This document shows, in pieces, positions 62,450-64,000 of a stretch of 64,000 bases of DNA. The DNA is taken from NCBI GenBank assembly GCA_002104945.1, contig MCFH01000052.1:1-64000 (forward strand). The letters are read 5' to 3'. Origin of the DNA: Piromyces finnis finn (lineage: Eukaryota; Fungi; Neocallimastigomycota). Below the pieces are notes generated by a model. That model was not told where the DNA came from, ran no database searches, and was given only the letters and a program-made list of their open reading frames with translations. Position numbers and translations under genes: made by a program. Numbering within the stretch: position 1 is the first letter of the stretch; each line of letters opens with the position of its first letter.

Positions 62450-63565
62450 TCACCACAAATTATTATTCATAAGAAAAGAATAGTCACAAGAAATTAAAGG
62501 TTATGTTAATAGAAAAGTAGTGAGAAAAATGAAAACAAGCATATTTTATTTTATCTCTATGTATTTTAATTTTTTTTATTTATTAACACTGGCTAAAAAG
62601 TTGTTCTAGAAGGTTTACTAAATTATCTAATTTCTATCAATGATCAATAGGTATTATTACTAAATATAATATAAAATTTGTAAATTGATTATGAGAAAAA
62701 ATGTGCTTATTTCTACAGATTTGGTTAGACCATTAAACTTTTTTATGTAAAGAACACATCAGGTTACTATTTTTCTAAAGTATAATCATTGTATATCTAT
62801 CTTTCCAATGAAATTCAGTATTAAGGATAAAATATTAATTATTATTTCCAGATTCTCTTTCAGGCACTTCAGGTGATATATACTCTAATCCTTCTTCAGG
62901 TAATATTAGCTCAGATTCATTAGCATCTACTTATTAAATGTATAATGAATTTTTTATTTTTTTTTTATATATTTATTACTCTTTTAATCGGGAGATAAAT
63001 AAAAAAATGTGTAAAAATACATTCAAATATTTCAATTATTGCTTTTTTGATATTAAAAAACTATTTTAAATTATTAAAATACTGTTTTAATACGGGAAGC
63101 TACTTATAACCAGTAGTAAAATATTTCAGTAAATACTGAAAAAAAAAAGCTAATGCATTATATTATGTATTATCAAAAACAAATTTTATTTTGATTCTAT
63201 TTATTCTAATATAAAGTTATTATTTTTTTTTATTTTATGAAAATATTATAATTTATTAAAAATACCTAATAAAATCAATTATATTTTTTTTTGCTTTATT
63301 TTTTGAAAACAATTATAAAAAAAATATTATTTTAAAGATAATAAAAATAAAAAAAATATTGATTTTTTAATAAATCATATGATTGTTAAATAAAAAATAT
63401 TTATATAATGTCTTTATTTCAATTAAATTATAAATATAATAATAAAAATAAAAAATAGAAAGATAATATATATATATATAGTAAAATAAGAATAGTAAAA
63501 TAAAAATATATATTTATATTTTATATATTGATAATTATTCATATTTATATTTTTTTTTTTCATTT

Positions 63566-64000
63566 TTAGCTATCAGTATCTGGTGCAGAGTAGTAGTATT
63601 CACTATCATCAGATACAAAGTCGTCCGAATCATAAGTAAAGCTATTAATATTAATATTATTAAATTTTTCAAAATAGATATTACAGTACATTGATGCATA
63701 TTTAGAATCCGTATTTTTCTTAATATCTTCAATAGCCATATATTTCTCAATCATATTATTATTAAATTTATTCATTATTATGTTTGTAAATATTTGATTT
63801 ATAATATCCTCTATGTATGTATTGTTAATTCTGTCTAAAAATTTTAATACTTCATTCTGATCATAATTAAGGATATTAAAATGACTAAATATGGTTTCAA
63901 AACTGGTTATTAGTTTATTTTTCAATGAATTATCAGAATAAAATTCGTTAATTAATTCTTCTGTACAAAGGATACGTAATAACTCTATTCTATAGATTTC
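63566..64000 (-). CDS. C-terminal part of an unknown protein with an acidic tail; frame open to the window edge
   Basis: The frame of ORF 63566-63925 continues without a stop to 64000 (EIYRIELLRILCTEELINEFYSDNSL..). No recognisable domain. Confidence 0.55.
   Translation of the reverse strand, partial: EIYRIELLRILCTEELINEFYSDNSLKNKLITSFETIFSHFNILNYDQNEVLKFLDRINNTYIEDIINQIFTNIIMNKFNNNMIEKYMAIEDIKKNTDSKYASMYCNIYFEKFNNININSFTYDSDDFVSDDSEYYYSAPDTDS

Noticed and set aside
62760-62940. Possible small exon (about 30 codons open on both strands)
   Set aside because: Too short, with no assignable partner exons or domain.
56873-63750. ORFs 56873-57082, 57667-57897, 59973-60233 and 63535-63750
   Set aside because: Low-complexity UTR sequence or alternative frames overlapping real genes.

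Overview
Extremely AT-rich eukaryotic DNA with spliceosomal introns. It most resembles an anaerobic gut fungus (Neocallimastigomycota), which is an inference from composition, intron style, chromovirus content and an ankyrin-repeat gene. Positions 1 to ~50,000 contain no host protein genes: they form an LTR-retrotransposon island organised around three tRNA genes (two identical intron-containing tRNA-Ile(TAT) at 6417 and 49916, and tRNA-Gly(TCC) at 11687 on the minus strand). The island holds three young, nested Ty3/Gypsy elements with Tf1-like self-priming sites, a miniature tRNA-primed LTR element, many solo LTRs with target-site duplications (TSDs), Copia and Gypsy relics, and a poly(A)-tailed tRNA-related SINE-like insert. 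The main unexplained structure is position-specific insertion upstream of the tRNA genes. Upstream of tRNA-Gly, elements sit at -9 to -17 and form a >27 kb stack punctuated by the same ATTT duplication (CA-ATTT-TG junctions), which reads like a chronological record of insertions. Upstream of both tRNA-Ile copies, different LTRs end exactly 64 nt from the gene. From ~52,800 there are host genes: a 3-exon 2H-phosphoesterase-like gene, a 2-exon LITAF-domain gene, an intronless 1154-aa ankyrin-repeat gene and a partial ORF running off the right end. All alignments were done by eye; LTR family letters (A-M) are my own labels.
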